A stretch of 59,018 bases of DNA, from assembly GCA_022508615.1 (NCBI GenBank), contig JAFLUW010000001.1, positions 10,772-69,789 of the forward strand, read 5' to 3'. A program made the translations under genes and the position numbers. The notes beneath the pieces were generated by a model. That model did not search any database and was not told where the DNA came from. It saw nothing but the letters and a program-made list of their open reading frames with translations. This document shows, piece by piece, positions 10,661-19,185 of this stretch (position 1 is its first letter; the number at the start of each line of letters is the position of its first letter). The DNA is from Prevotellaceae bacterium (GTDB lineage: Bacteria; Bacteroidota; Bacteroidia; Bacteroidales; Bacteroidaceae).

Positions 10661-10961
10661 GACGCCAATTTTAACAAAAATTCGGCCGCCGTGAACGCTT
10701 TCAACGTAGGCCGAAAAAGTGCGAAACTGTCTACCGTTTTTTTATAGACAATGCAAAGGTAATAAATTTTTTTGCGGCGGCCCGCTCTTGGTGTGCATAT
10801 TTTGCAGACTACACGCTGCGCACCCCTGCCACGCTCCACCCTTGAACCGTTCCAATTTGTCACGCTTTCGCGGCCGTTTTTTGCGTAAACTCGTCCTTGG
10901 ATTTTACGCCATTCTCGCAAATGTATATTTTCCAACGTTTTACGGCAATTTTTGAAAATCA

Positions 10962-11208
10962 TTTGCAACAACCGCGCGGCATTTCCTGCACAAAAAGGCC
11001 ATTTTTGCAACAACCGCGCGGCCGTTTTGCGCTCGTTGAGGCTTTCGCGTTTCGGGCCTAACTGGGTGCTCGTTGAGGCTTTCGCCTAACTGGGTGCTCG
11101 TTACGCGTTCGGGTGTGGTATATCGTTCCGCGGGGTTGAGGCTTGCACGTTCCGCGGGGTTGAGGCTTTCGCGTTCGGGCCGCCTCGCTGCGTTTCTTGC
11201 GTTGAGGC
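10962..11208. repeat. Mosaic direct-repeat region in the element
   Basis: TTTGCAACAACCGCGCGGC x2 (10962, 11004); CCTAACTGGGTGCTCGTT x2 (11057, 11085); CGTTCCGCGGGGTTGAGGCTT x2 (11124, 11148); GTTGAGGC x5. Confidence 0.85.
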
Positions 11209-11281
11209 GTACCCCTACACGGTGGAAAGAAAAAACCCGCCACACGCAAGGCGCAGCGGGTCGGTCTTAGTCTCTGTAAGT

Positions 11282-11716
11282 TTATATAACTGCCTCTAAC
11301 ATCATTATTGCGGGCATTCGGCGCTCGACTGCGCCGTTTAACTCGATAACCTTGGCCAACGCGTCCGCCGCTTTCGGGTGTTTGTCCTTGGCGTCAAATA
11401 TGGCCCGCGTCAGGTCGGCCAGTTCGCAAGGCCTCAGCGTTTCAATATCCCACTGGAACGCCACCGCTTCCAAAAGGTCGCGCAAGGTCTTGAAATCGTC
11501 ATCGCTCGCATAATAGCCGCGGGCGGCCTCTGCTACTTTCTGCACGAACTCGGGCACACGCTGCGCCCCGCTCTCGGTCTTTTTCCGTTTCATTGTCTTT
11601 TGTGTTTTAGGATTAAAATCGGCCTCGGGTGTCCTACGCTCCAAAAGATAAGCGCCGAGGCGTTTCCGCTGCTCGCACCCTTGGCCGTTTGTTTGGTTGG
11701 TGTTTGTCTGTTTCAT
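11282..11716 (-). CDS. Hypothetical protein (alternative in-frame start at 11593)
   Basis: ORF follows a TACCTTTG promoter-like element (11741-11748) and an A-rich leader; helical C-terminal part. Confidence 0.55.
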   Translation of the reverse strand: MKQTNTNQTNGQGCEQRKRLGAYLLERRTPEADFNPKTQKTMKRKKTESGAQRVPEFVQKVAEAARGYYASDDDFKTLRDLLEAVAFQWDIETLRPCELADLTRAIFDAKDKHPKAADALAKVIELNGAVERRMPAIMMLEAVI

Positions 11717-11999
11717 TTTCTTTTGTGTTTTAGGATAGCGCAAAGGTATCGAAAGCCTCGCACGCCTGCAAGCATCGGCCCGATTTTTTTTGCGCGTCCT
11801 TTCTTTTCAGTTTGCGTTTTATTTCTTTTCCCTTGGCGTTCTCTGCTCTTGGCATTTTTATTCTTTGCTACCGCCGCAGACGGTGCGCCGTGCGTTTCTT
11901 TCCATTCTTGGATACTTTCGGGCCGTCTCGCTGCGTTTTGGGTGCTCGGTGGTGTGTCCCTACCTTTTGAACGTTTGACGCGCTGAAACGCGGATTTTG

Positions 12000-12419
12000 T
12001 CAAAATAGCGGGTTGTCGTCTGGGCGGTGGCTTTCTGCGAGCGTGCGCTGTAATTGCTCGGCGTATAGTTGAGCGGCGCGGCGCTGCTGTTCAATTCGCG
12101 CATCGAGGCCGCCGCGACTTAGCGCCTCCTTGCGTTTTTCTGCTATTCTGACGCGGATAGTACTAAGCAAATTCCGCCGCGCGTCTGCCTCGTTCGTGTG
12201 GTACGGTCTTGTCAGTGCCCACTCGGACAGCACACACTCGCACGCGCTGCGCATTTCCTCGGGTGTTATGCCGCTGTTCATACAAAACGCCTCGCACGCT
12301 GCACGGTTGGCTAACATTTCAGCCGCCGCGCGCTGCTCCATTGTTTGGCTCTGACTGGGTGCGCCTACTACTTGCGCCGCCACCGCCTCGCCCTCTCTTC
12401 TTTCGTGTATTTCTGTCAT
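12000..12419 (-). CDS. Hypothetical protein, possibly replication-associated helical domain
   Basis: 139 aa, ATG after an A-rich leader; EMLAN..CEAFCMNSG..EW....HTNEADARRNLL recalls C-terminal domains of Bacteroidales phage replication proteins (unverified). Confidence 0.6.
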   Translation of the reverse strand: MTEIHERREGEAVAAQVVGAPSQSQTMEQRAAAEMLANRAACEAFCMNSGITPEEMRSACECVLSEWALTRPYHTNEADARRNLLSTIRVRIAEKRKEALSRGGLDARIEQQRRAAQLYAEQLQRTLAESHRPDDNPLF

Positions 12420-12640
12420 ATTTTTGTAATTTATTCGTTTTCAATGCCTCGGCCTCGCGCCGTCTTTCTGCATTCTTGCTCCCTATTCATAGCCTCCACT
12501 CTCGCACGCTCTTGCTCTTGCTCTCTTTTTCTCTTGGTTGAGGCCTTGCGGGGTGGGGCTTGCGCGGTCGCCTTGCGGTGTCGCCTTGCGGGTACTCCCT
12601 GCGGTTACTTCTTCACTCTTACTATACTCACACGCGCGCA

Positions 12641-13636
12641 TTATGCGGGACATTCGGCCGTCTCTTCTACTTTCTTGTTAAATTCCTCTGCTATTGCGCT
12701 GCCTCCCTCGCTTGGCTCATACCCGCACTCCCTGCGCGTTAGTTTGCGGCATTTATACGCCACTTGTTTGCTCATTTTTCCGCGTTTCTGCTCGGCTTTT
12801 ATTTCTTTCTCAATAAAGGCATCAACCCCGCCGCACTGCGCGACCGACCTCCTTAAAAATCTCAATACGAACGCCCCCACACTCTCGCACGCTCCCTCTC
12901 TTATTTCGTTGTTATTGTTCATTTTTTCTATTTGGTTAATTGTTTGCCTCCATATATCCACGGCGGCGCGCCATATTGTCGGGCTGCACAAATCGGCCAC
13001 CGTTATGCGCTCCATACCCCAATAACTCGCCACGCTCTTACAAAAACGTATCTCGGCCCGTAATTGGTTAGTGCCTCGGTATTTCTCGGGTATAGCCTCG
13101 CCCTTGCCTTTCATTTCGGCTATCTTATCGTAAATAGCCAACACTACCGCGGCGGGCTTGTTTTGGTATTGCATTTCGTACCGCAAAGATGCCAAACGCT
13201 TCCCAGTTAATATCGGCACACGAGCGGCCTCGGCTCTCTTTTTATACACTAATCGGCCAAGTATTTGCAGGTAATTCTCCACTGGCTCGCGCATTTCCAT
13301 ACACGCCCCGAAATCGAACCGCCGAACGGTCGCGCGCTCGATAGGCACGCAAAGGGCGGCACTCAGGCGCTCCACGGCCGCGGCGGCTTCCTCGATTGTT
13401 ATCGGGGTAATGTTTTCGCCTTTTACGGACTTGTTCAACGAACCCGCCAAAGTCAGCCGCTGCTCTGTCGCTACTACTAAGATATTACCCAAATGCCCGC
13501 GCCCTTGCAAAACCTTTCCGCCAACGCCCCACCGTGTAGGCCTCCAATCGCCCACAAATTGCGGAATATGCGAAAGGAAATCCACGCCGCTGCCGCATTG
13601 CGCCGCCGCCAGTCTTGCAATAAACGTGTCCAACAT
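12641..13636 (-). CDS. Phage/plasmid replication protein, gene II/X-like (putative rolling-circle Rep)
   Basis: LAGSLNK..GEN, VRRFDFG, IYDKIAEM and QLRAEIRF motifs typical of Bacteroidetes gpII/X-family Reps. Confidence 0.7.
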   Translation of the reverse strand: MLDTFIARLAAAQCGSGVDFLSHIPQFVGDWRPTRWGVGGKVLQGRGHLGNILVVATEQRLTLAGSLNKSVKGENITPITIEEAAAAVERLSAALCVPIERATVRRFDFGACMEMREPVENYLQILGRLVYKKRAEAARVPILTGKRLASLRYEMQYQNKPAAVVLAIYDKIAEMKGKGEAIPEKYRGTNQLRAEIRFCKSVASYWGMERITVADLCSPTIWRAAVDIWRQTINQIEKMNNNNEIREGACESVGAFVLRFLRRSVAQCGGVDAFIEKEIKAEQKRGKMSKQVAYKCRKLTRRECGYEPSEGGSAIAEEFNKKVEETAECPA

Positions 13637-13650
13637 ACTCGGCCTCCGCG

Positions 13651-13977
13651 TCAGTTATTGGCCCTGCCTGCCTTGGTCAGTATGCGCTCGACCTCTCCGC
13701 GCTTATATAAAACCTTTCGGCCCACTTTTGCGGGCACAAGGTAGCCGCTCTTTTCCCATTTCCATAGCGTCGAACGCGCCACGCCCAACATTTTCGCGGT
13801 CTCGGCCACGCTCAGGGCTGCCGTCTCCTTTCGTGCGGCTTCATCGGCGCGGCCTTTTGCGTAAGCCTCAGCCGCCCCCTCGCGCATAATCTCGCGCATA
13901 GCCTCGCAAAGTTCGGACACAAAGCCCGACAGCCCACTGGACAAACTCTCTCGCGTTGTTCGTAATGCGTCGCTCAT
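13651..13977 (-). CDS. Excisionase-like HTH (HTH_17/MerR-type) protein
   Basis: LSVAETAKMLGVARSTLWKWEKSGYLVPAKVGRKVLYKRGEV. Confidence 0.85.
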   Translation of the reverse strand: MSDALRTTRESLSSGLSGFVSELCEAMREIMREGAAEAYAKGRADEAARKETAALSVAETAKMLGVARSTLWKWEKSGYLVPAKVGRKVLYKRGEVERILTKAGRANN

Positions 13978-14222
13978 TCTGCGCCTCCTTTCTCGGCCTC
14001 GGCCTCAGTCGGAATATAATATACCTTGTGGCGTCCCCGCCCCACGTTCGGCCGCCATTCGTCCCGAATGTCTACGCCCTTGCCTCGTAGGTCTCGAATG
14101 TGGCTTCTCGGGTCGCTCGTTCCAGTAATCCGCGAAAGTTCGGCGGCTGACAATCTCCCGCCCACTTGCAGCGCATTTAATACGCGCCGCTGCGGGCTTA
14201 CGCTTTTTGTTTTGCTGTTCAT
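13974..14222 (-). CDS. Small winged-HTH DNA-binding protein
   Basis: QRRVLNALQVGGRLSAAELSRITGTSDPRSHIRDLRGKG..HKVYYI; ATGA overlap with the xis gene. Confidence 0.8.
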   Translation of the reverse strand: MNSKTKSVSPQRRVLNALQVGGRLSAAELSRITGTSDPRSHIRDLRGKGVDIRDEWRPNVGRGRHKVYYIPTEAEAEKGGAE

Positions 14223-14253
14223 TTTTTTTAATTTTTTTTGATGAAACATAGCG

Positions 14254-14343
14254 CAAAGGTAAAGCGGGAAAAATCCGCGAACGCCTCAAAACGCGCTATA
14301 ACTCGATAGCGTTTTGATAGCGTTTCGATAGCGCCCGATAGCG
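14254..14343 (-). promoter_or_regulatory. Promoter of the HTH-xis-rep operon with four phased GATAGCG repeats
   Basis: TACCTTTG (-7 consensus TAnnTTTG) on the minus strand at 14254-14261; GATAGCG at 14305, 14316, 14327, 14337. Confidence 0.6.
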
Positions 14344-14356
14344 TTTTAATACGAAA

Positions 14357-14382
14357 GCCCCCGCCTCTATTGAGGTGGGGGC
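14357..14382 (-). terminator. Hairpin/terminator after the 258-aa gene
   Basis: GCCCCCGCCTC-TATT-GAGGTGGGGGC, followed by TTT on the minus strand. Confidence 0.55.
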
Positions 14383-14414
14383 GCTGCTTTAATTATAGCG
14401 TTCCTTGCGGCGGG

Positions 14415-15191
14415 CTAATCCTCGAAAAACTTATCTATTGTCTCTCGCTGCCTCAGTGTGTTTGCATTGGTGCTTTTGCGCGCCTGCCTATTTTTCTGCG
14501 GTATGTGGTAAACGCCGAAAGTTTCTTCTATTTCCTCGATTGGTGGCTGTGGGGGCGCTTTTTCTTCTTTGGGGTTATATTTCGGCTGATATATTTCGTA
14601 CATAAAATACGCAAGTATTTGTTTATAGAGGCCCACCCATTTATAGCGCACAAATCCGTCGCGCTCTGCGCGCTGCTCTTTAATTTTAATGTATTTTGCC
14701 TCTATTGCTTTGGGTATGTATTTCCGCGCTCGCTCGGTATTCATTCGCGGCGGCAAATTTAGCGGGTTGAGGTCTGCGGGCTGCGTTGCCCGCTCCACTT
14801 CATCAACTTCGGAAAGTGCGGCGTTTAGCGCATTTATAAAAATATCTATTCTCAGTCTCGTAATAGATAAGCCCCAATTTTCTACAAGGTCGCCAACCTT
14901 GCGCACCTTTCCCTCTGGGTTAGGTGTCTCGTTATATTCGTCGGCCTCCGCCTGCGTTTTTATTGCTTTCCATAAAACAAGCCCCCTATTTACGCACTCT
15001 TGAAAAATTCTCGCGCTTGCAAATTCCGACCCATTCCACTCTCTGAAACCTACCAACTCTGAAACGTTGATTGTGTATGTGTCTATTAAATCCCTTTCGC
15101 ACTCTCTCGCCACGGCCTTAGCCTCTTTTATCAACTCATACTCTCCGCTGCCGTTCACTATCATCTCGGCTATCTCTCTCGGTGTTTTCAT
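14415..15191 (-). CDS. Hypothetical protein downstream of the integrase (possible regulator)
   Basis: 258-aa ORF starting 15 bp after the int stop; C-terminal LPPRMNTERARKY..KAIEA..YKW..LAYF region. Confidence 0.75.
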   Translation of the reverse strand: MKTPREIAEMIVNGSGEYELIKEAKAVARECERDLIDTYTINVSELVGFREWNGSEFASARIFQECVNRGLVLWKAIKTQAEADEYNETPNPEGKVRKVGDLVENWGLSITRLRIDIFINALNAALSEVDEVERATQPADLNPLNLPPRMNTERARKYIPKAIEAKYIKIKEQRAERDGFVRYKWVGLYKQILAYFMYEIYQPKYNPKEEKAPPQPPIEEIEETFGVYHIPQKNRQARKSTNANTLRQRETIDKFFED

Positions 15192-15206
15192 CGCTCCGCT
15201 GTTTTG

Positions 15207-16547
15207 TTATTCAATACTCGCCATTGCTTCGCGCAACGTATCCTCATCTATTTTTCTATATCTAAAAAACGCCTCGCTTCCCTCTACGTGCCCTGATAGT
15301 TTCGATATTATTGCAGGGTCTTTTAAGTCTTTGTACAATGCGCCTATAAAAGTTCGGCGGGCAAGGTGGCTGCTTACATATTCATTTAGCGGCACTTGTT
15401 CTTCCTCCCCTGTCACAGAGTTTAACTTTGTTACATTTCGCGTTATTCCGCAAATAGTGAAGATTTCTTTTAGGCTTCTGTTATATGGCTGCTCTTTAAG
15501 AAACGGCAGCAGGCGGCCATCTGCTTGCCCTTTGTATTTCTCCACAATAGCCGCCGCGCGCTTGGTCAAGGGAACAAGTACACGCTCCGCGCGTTTTCCT
15601 CTTGTTTTGCTTGGTATGTACACCAACGCATCTCCTATTATATTGCTTTCGGTTAGTCTAATAAGGTCGCCGACGCGTGGGCCTGTCAAGCATTGAAATA
15701 TAAATATATCGCGCTGCACCGCTAATCTCGGGCGCGTGGATAAATCAAAGTCCGCTATTTCGTCCCGCTCGGCTTTCGTTATATATATCGGGTCGCCGTA
15801 AACTTCGCGCTGCACTTTATACTTCTTAAAAGGGCTGCTCGCGGCCAGTTCTTGCCCCACGCACCAATTAAAAACGGCTCGCAATCTTCGCATTTCGTCG
15901 CAAATCGTGTTTCGCCCTTTTGGCTGTCGCTTGCGTGGCTGTGTTATTTTTCCGTCGGCGTCTTGCTCAAAGATTTCGGGATATTTTTCCGAAATGTTGT
16001 GCATATCCCGCAAAAAGTTTTCAAACCGTTGCAAGTCATCGGCCGTAACATTTTCCAAAGTCCAACGAAAGCCGCCTCCCCTCATTCTTTCGTATTTCTC
16101 AAACCTCACACAATCCCGAAAAACTACTCTGTAATGCCTGCGTCTGATTTCTTTTATATCTTTAACTGCAATGCACCGCTCAAAGGCTTGCAAAAAATCA
16201 CTCTCCGCCTCTGCTCCGTTCGTGTGGCGTTCGTTCGGGTAACGTAGCCGCCTAAGTGCACCCTCAAAAAGTTCTTTATTTATATCGCCTTTCGCGGTTT
16301 CTTGGCAAAGCCTCAGCAATCGCGCCTCTATCTGCGACAATTCGGCCTCTATCTGCGACAATTCGGCCGCCTCCGTCGGATTTGCGCGCGGCTTGATAAA
16401 CTGCCCCGCCTCGCTGAAACGGTCAGGATTTACAAAAAGTCCAGTTCTTAGTCTGTATTGCGACCCGCGCTTCACTGTAAGCCTCAAATATATTTCGGAC
16501 TTGCCCGCGGCGACCTTGTTGGACAAATAGCGTGTAATTGTAGCCAT
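15207..16547 (-). CDS. Tyrosine recombinase/integrase (arm-binding + SAM-like + catalytic domains)
   Basis: IYLRL..RLRTGLFV arm domain; catalytic residues in TGPRVGD, PSKT, SSHLARRTF and SGH..FFRY. Confidence 0.95.
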   Translation of the reverse strand: MATITRYLSNKVAAGKSEIYLRLTVKRGSQYRLRTGLFVNPDRFSEAGQFIKPRANPTEAAELSQIEAELSQIEARLLRLCQETAKGDINKELFEGALRRLRYPNERHTNGAEAESDFLQAFERCIAVKDIKEIRRRHYRVVFRDCVRFEKYERMRGGGFRWTLENVTADDLQRFENFLRDMHNISEKYPEIFEQDADGKITQPRKRQPKGRNTICDEMRRLRAVFNWCVGQELAASSPFKKYKVQREVYGDPIYITKAERDEIADFDLSTRPRLAVQRDIFIFQCLTGPRVGDLIRLTESNIIGDALVYIPSKTRGKRAERVLVPLTKRAAAIVEKYKGQADGRLLPFLKEQPYNRSLKEIFTICGITRNVTKLNSVTGEEEQVPLNEYVSSHLARRTFIGALYKDLKDPAIISKLSGHVEGSEAFFRYRKIDEDTLREAMASIE

Positions 16548-16596
16548 ATAAAAAAACGTTTTTTTGTTTCGCGCTGCAAATATAGCAAAACATTCT

Positions 16597-16643
16597 TTTT
16601 GTCTACGTTTTTGTTTGCGTTTTTTGTCTACGCTTTGTCTACC
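16597..16643. repeat. Putative integrase arm-type sites, right end
   Basis: TTTTGTCTACG, TTTTGTTTGCG, TTTTGTCTACG, CTTTGTCTACC. Confidence 0.7.
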
Positions 16644-16674
16644 GAGGCGAAATCTGCGGAAATTTCGAGAAACA

Positions 16675-16714
16675 AAAAAAGCCCTGCGAAAATTGCTTTT
16701 TGCGGGGCTTTGTG
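16675..16714 (-). terminator. Hairpin downstream of the tRNA
   Basis: AAAGCCCTGCGAAAA-TTGC-TTTTTGCGGGGCTTT with an A-run that gives a U-tract on the minus strand. Confidence 0.55.
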
Positions 16715-16789
16715 TTGATTTTCAACTATTTTATAAAAACACTTTCTTAATTTTGCTGTTGCTCAAAATTGCGCAAAATTTACTTTTTG

Positions 16790-16861
16790 TGCCCCCTCGG
16801 AGAATCGAACTCCGATCTAATCTTTAGGAGAGACTTGTTCTATCCATTGAACTAAGAGGGC
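16790..16861 (-). tRNA. tRNA-Arg (anticodon CCT)
   Basis: Minus strand GCCCTCTTAGTTCAATGGATAGAACAAGTCTCTCCTAAAGATTAGATCGGAGTTCGATTCTCCGAGGGGGCA; acceptor stem pairs, GTTCGA T-loop, CT-CCT-AA loop; CCA not encoded. Confidence 0.95.
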
Positions 16862-16995
16862 GAAGCGGGACGGCATAAGGGCAGCAGAGATGGGGAGGAG
16901 GGCAAAAAAACTGCTGCCGGCATAAAAGAGAGAACGCAACGGCCTCCCGTGTGAGGGAGTAAGGGCAAAAAACCGTTGTCGCCGTCCCGCAAAGG

Positions 16996-19035
16996 TCAGC
17001 CTATCTGCGAACCGGGCGCGACGGGCTTCTCGACGGTGGCCACGGCGAGCGCGCCGGTGCGGAAGTCGACGGCCGAAAGTATCATGCCCCGGCTCTCGAT
17101 GCCGCGCAATTTGCGCGGAGGCAGGTTGGCGATGAAGCAGACTTGGCGTCCCGCGAGCGTTTCGGGGGCATAGTGCCCGGCAATGCCGCTGACGATGGTG
17201 CGTTGCTCTTGTCCGTCGTCGATGAGGAAGCGCAAAAGTTTGTCGGTCTTGGGCACACGCTCGCATTCGACTACGGTGCCGACGCGAATGTCGAGTTTTT
17301 CGAAGTCTTCGAAGGCGATGTCGGGACGCTGCGGCTCGGGTCGCTGCTCGGCGGCGAGGCGTTCGGCCTTTCGTCTTTCGAGTTTTTCGACTTGGGCCTC
17401 GACTACGGCGTCGTCTATCTTTTCGAAGAGCAACTCTACCTCGCCGAGACGGTGCCCGGCGGGCAAAAGGTCGATGCTGCCGAGGCGTTCCCACTGCGGA
17501 GCGCCCATGCCGAGCATCTTGCGCAGACGTTCGGACGACTGGGGCAGGAACGGCTCGAAGGCGATGGCCAGATTGGCCGCAAGTTGCAGGGAAAGGTATA
17601 AAATGGTCTCGACGCGTGCCGGATTGCTCTTGACGATTTTCCACGGTTCGGCCTCGGCCAGATACTTATTGCCGATGCGGGCGAGGTTCATGGCTTCTTT
17701 CTGCGCGTCGCGGAAGCGGAACTGCTCGATGAGCGCCTCGACGCGCTCCTTTACCTCGGCAAACTCGGCAATCGCGGCGCGGTCGGCGTCGTTCAGCGCT
17801 CCGCAGGCGGGCACCACGCCGTCGTAGTATTTCTTTGTCAGGACAAGGGCGCGATTGACGAAGTTGCCGTAGACGGCCACCAACTCATTGTTGTTGCGGG
17901 CTTGGAAATCGGCCCAAGTAAAGTTGTTGTCTTTCGTCTCGGGCGCGTTTGCCGTGAGCACATAGCGCAGCACGTCTTGCTTTCCGGGGAGTTCGTCGAG
18001 ATATTCGTGGAGCCAGACGGCCCAGCCTTTGGAGGTCGAGATTTTATCGTCTTCGAGGTTCAGAAATTCGTTGGCCGGCACATTGTCCGGAAAGATATAG
18101 GAGCCTTCGGCGCGGAGCATGGCGGGAAAAACGATGCAATGGAAAACGATATTGTCCTTGCCGATGAAGTGAACGAGGCGCGTGTCGTCCTGCTTCCACC
18201 ACTTTTCCCAACTTTCGGGCAGCAATTCCTTCGTATTCGAGATATAGCCTATCGGCGCGTCGAACCAAACGTAAAGCACCTTGCCCTCGGCGCCCTCTAC
18301 GGGGACGGGAATGCCCCAATCCAAGTCGCGGCTCACGGCGCGCGGCTTCAAGCCCATGTCGAGCCAGCTCTTGCATTGCCCCATCACGTTGGTGCGCCAC
18401 TCTTTGTGGTCTTCCGTAATCCACTTGCCGAGCCATTCTTGGTGGCGGTCGAGCGGAAGATACCAGTGCCTCGTGGTGCGCAATTCGGGACGGGCGCCCG
18501 AAATCGTGGAGTGCGGGTTAATCAGCTCGGTGGGCGAAAGGTCTTTGCCGCATTTCTCGCATTGGTCGCCATAGGCGCCTGCGGCGTGGCAATGCGGGCA
18601 TTCGCCGGTGATGTATCGGTCGGCAAGGAAAGTTTTCGCCTCGGGGTCGTAGTATTGCTGGCTTTCCTGTTCGAGAAATTCGCCTTTTTCGTAGAGCTTG
18701 CGGAAGAAGTCGGACGCCGTCTGCCGGTGTACGGCCGACGTGGTGCGCGAATAGATGTCGAAGGCGATGCCGAAACGCTCGAAAGCGTCTTTTATGAGCC
18801 CGTGATAGCGGTCTACCACTTCCTGCGGCGTACATCCTTCCTTGCGTGCCCGTATCGTGACGGGCACGCCGTGTTCGTCGCTTCCGCAGACGAACAGCAC
18901 TTCGCGGCCGCGCAGCCGCAAGTAGCGCACATAGATGTCTGCGGGGACGTAGACGCCCGCAAGGTGGCCGATGTGCACGCCGCCGTTGGCATAAGGCAGG
19001 GCGGCGGTAACGAGGGTTCGCTTGAAGTCTTTCAT
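16996..19035 (-). CDS. metG: Methionine--tRNA ligase
   Basis: [20 protein letters not shown], Zn knuckle, KISTS, C-terminal tRNA-binding domain. Confidence 0.97.
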   Translation of the reverse strand: MKDFKRTLVTAALPYANGGVHIGHLAGVYVPADIYVRYLRLRGREVLFVCGSDEHGVPVTIRARKEGCTPQEVVDRYHGLIKDAFERFGIAFDIYSRTTSAVHRQTASDFFRKLYEKGEFLEQESQQYYDPEAKTFLADRYITGECPHCHAAGAYGDQCEKCGKDLSPTELINPHSTISGARPELRTTRHWYLPLDRHQEWLGKWITEDHKEWRTNVMGQCKSWLDMGLKPRAVSRDLDWGIPVPVEGAEGKVLYVWFDAPIGYISNTKELLPESWEKWWKQDDTRLVHFIGKDNIVFHCIVFPAMLRAEGSYIFPDNVPANEFLNLEDDKISTSKGWAVWLHEYLDELPGKQDVLRYVLTANAPETKDNNFTWADFQARNNNELVAVYGNFVNRALVLTKKYYDGVVPACGALNDADRAAIAEFAEVKERVEALIEQFRFRDAQKEAMNLARIGNKYLAEAEPWKIVKSNPARVETILYLSLQLAANLAIAFEPFLPQSSERLRKMLGMGAPQWERLGSIDLLPAGHRLGEVELLFEKIDDAVVEAQVEKLERRKAERLAAEQRPEPQRPDIAFEDFEKLDIRVGTVVECERVPKTDKLLRFLIDDGQEQRTIVSGIAGHYAPETLAGRQVCFIANLPPRKLRGIESRGMILSAVDFRTGALAVATVEKPVAPGSQIG

Positions 19036-19185
19036 AAGCCTGCTTCGTGTGGCGCGTATAAAGTTTCGGTCTGCAAAGTTATGCGTTCGGCGCCAAAAGT
19101 CAAAGTTTCGCGTCTGAAAAGCGTCCGTTACGCCCGAAAATCGGTACTTTTGCGAGGTTTATCCCAAAAAATCACCGACAGAGGA

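Larger units (their letters stand above)
10565..16802 (-). mobile_element. About 6.2-kb integrative element inserted at the 3' end of tRNA-Arg(CCT)
   Basis: 14-bp direct repeat GTGCCCCCTCGGAG at 10565-10578 and 16789-16802; tyrosine integrase next to the tRNA; visibly lower GC than flanks; all genes co-oriented. Confidence 0.9.

Noticed and set aside
10645-11249. Short ORFs at the element's left end
   Set aside because: They are translations of the repeat mosaic and arm-site region, with non-ATG starts and no coding signal.
11713-12003. 96-aa basic ORF overlapping both neighbours by 4 bp
   Set aside because: TTG start, low-complexity K/R content, and it spans a promoter element and a duplicated non-coding motif. 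It cannot be supported, though it is not excluded.
10565-16802. Element as a prophage, conjugative transposon, defence island or DGR
   Set aside because: No structural, lysis, tra/mob, reverse-transcriptase or recognisable defence genes were seen.
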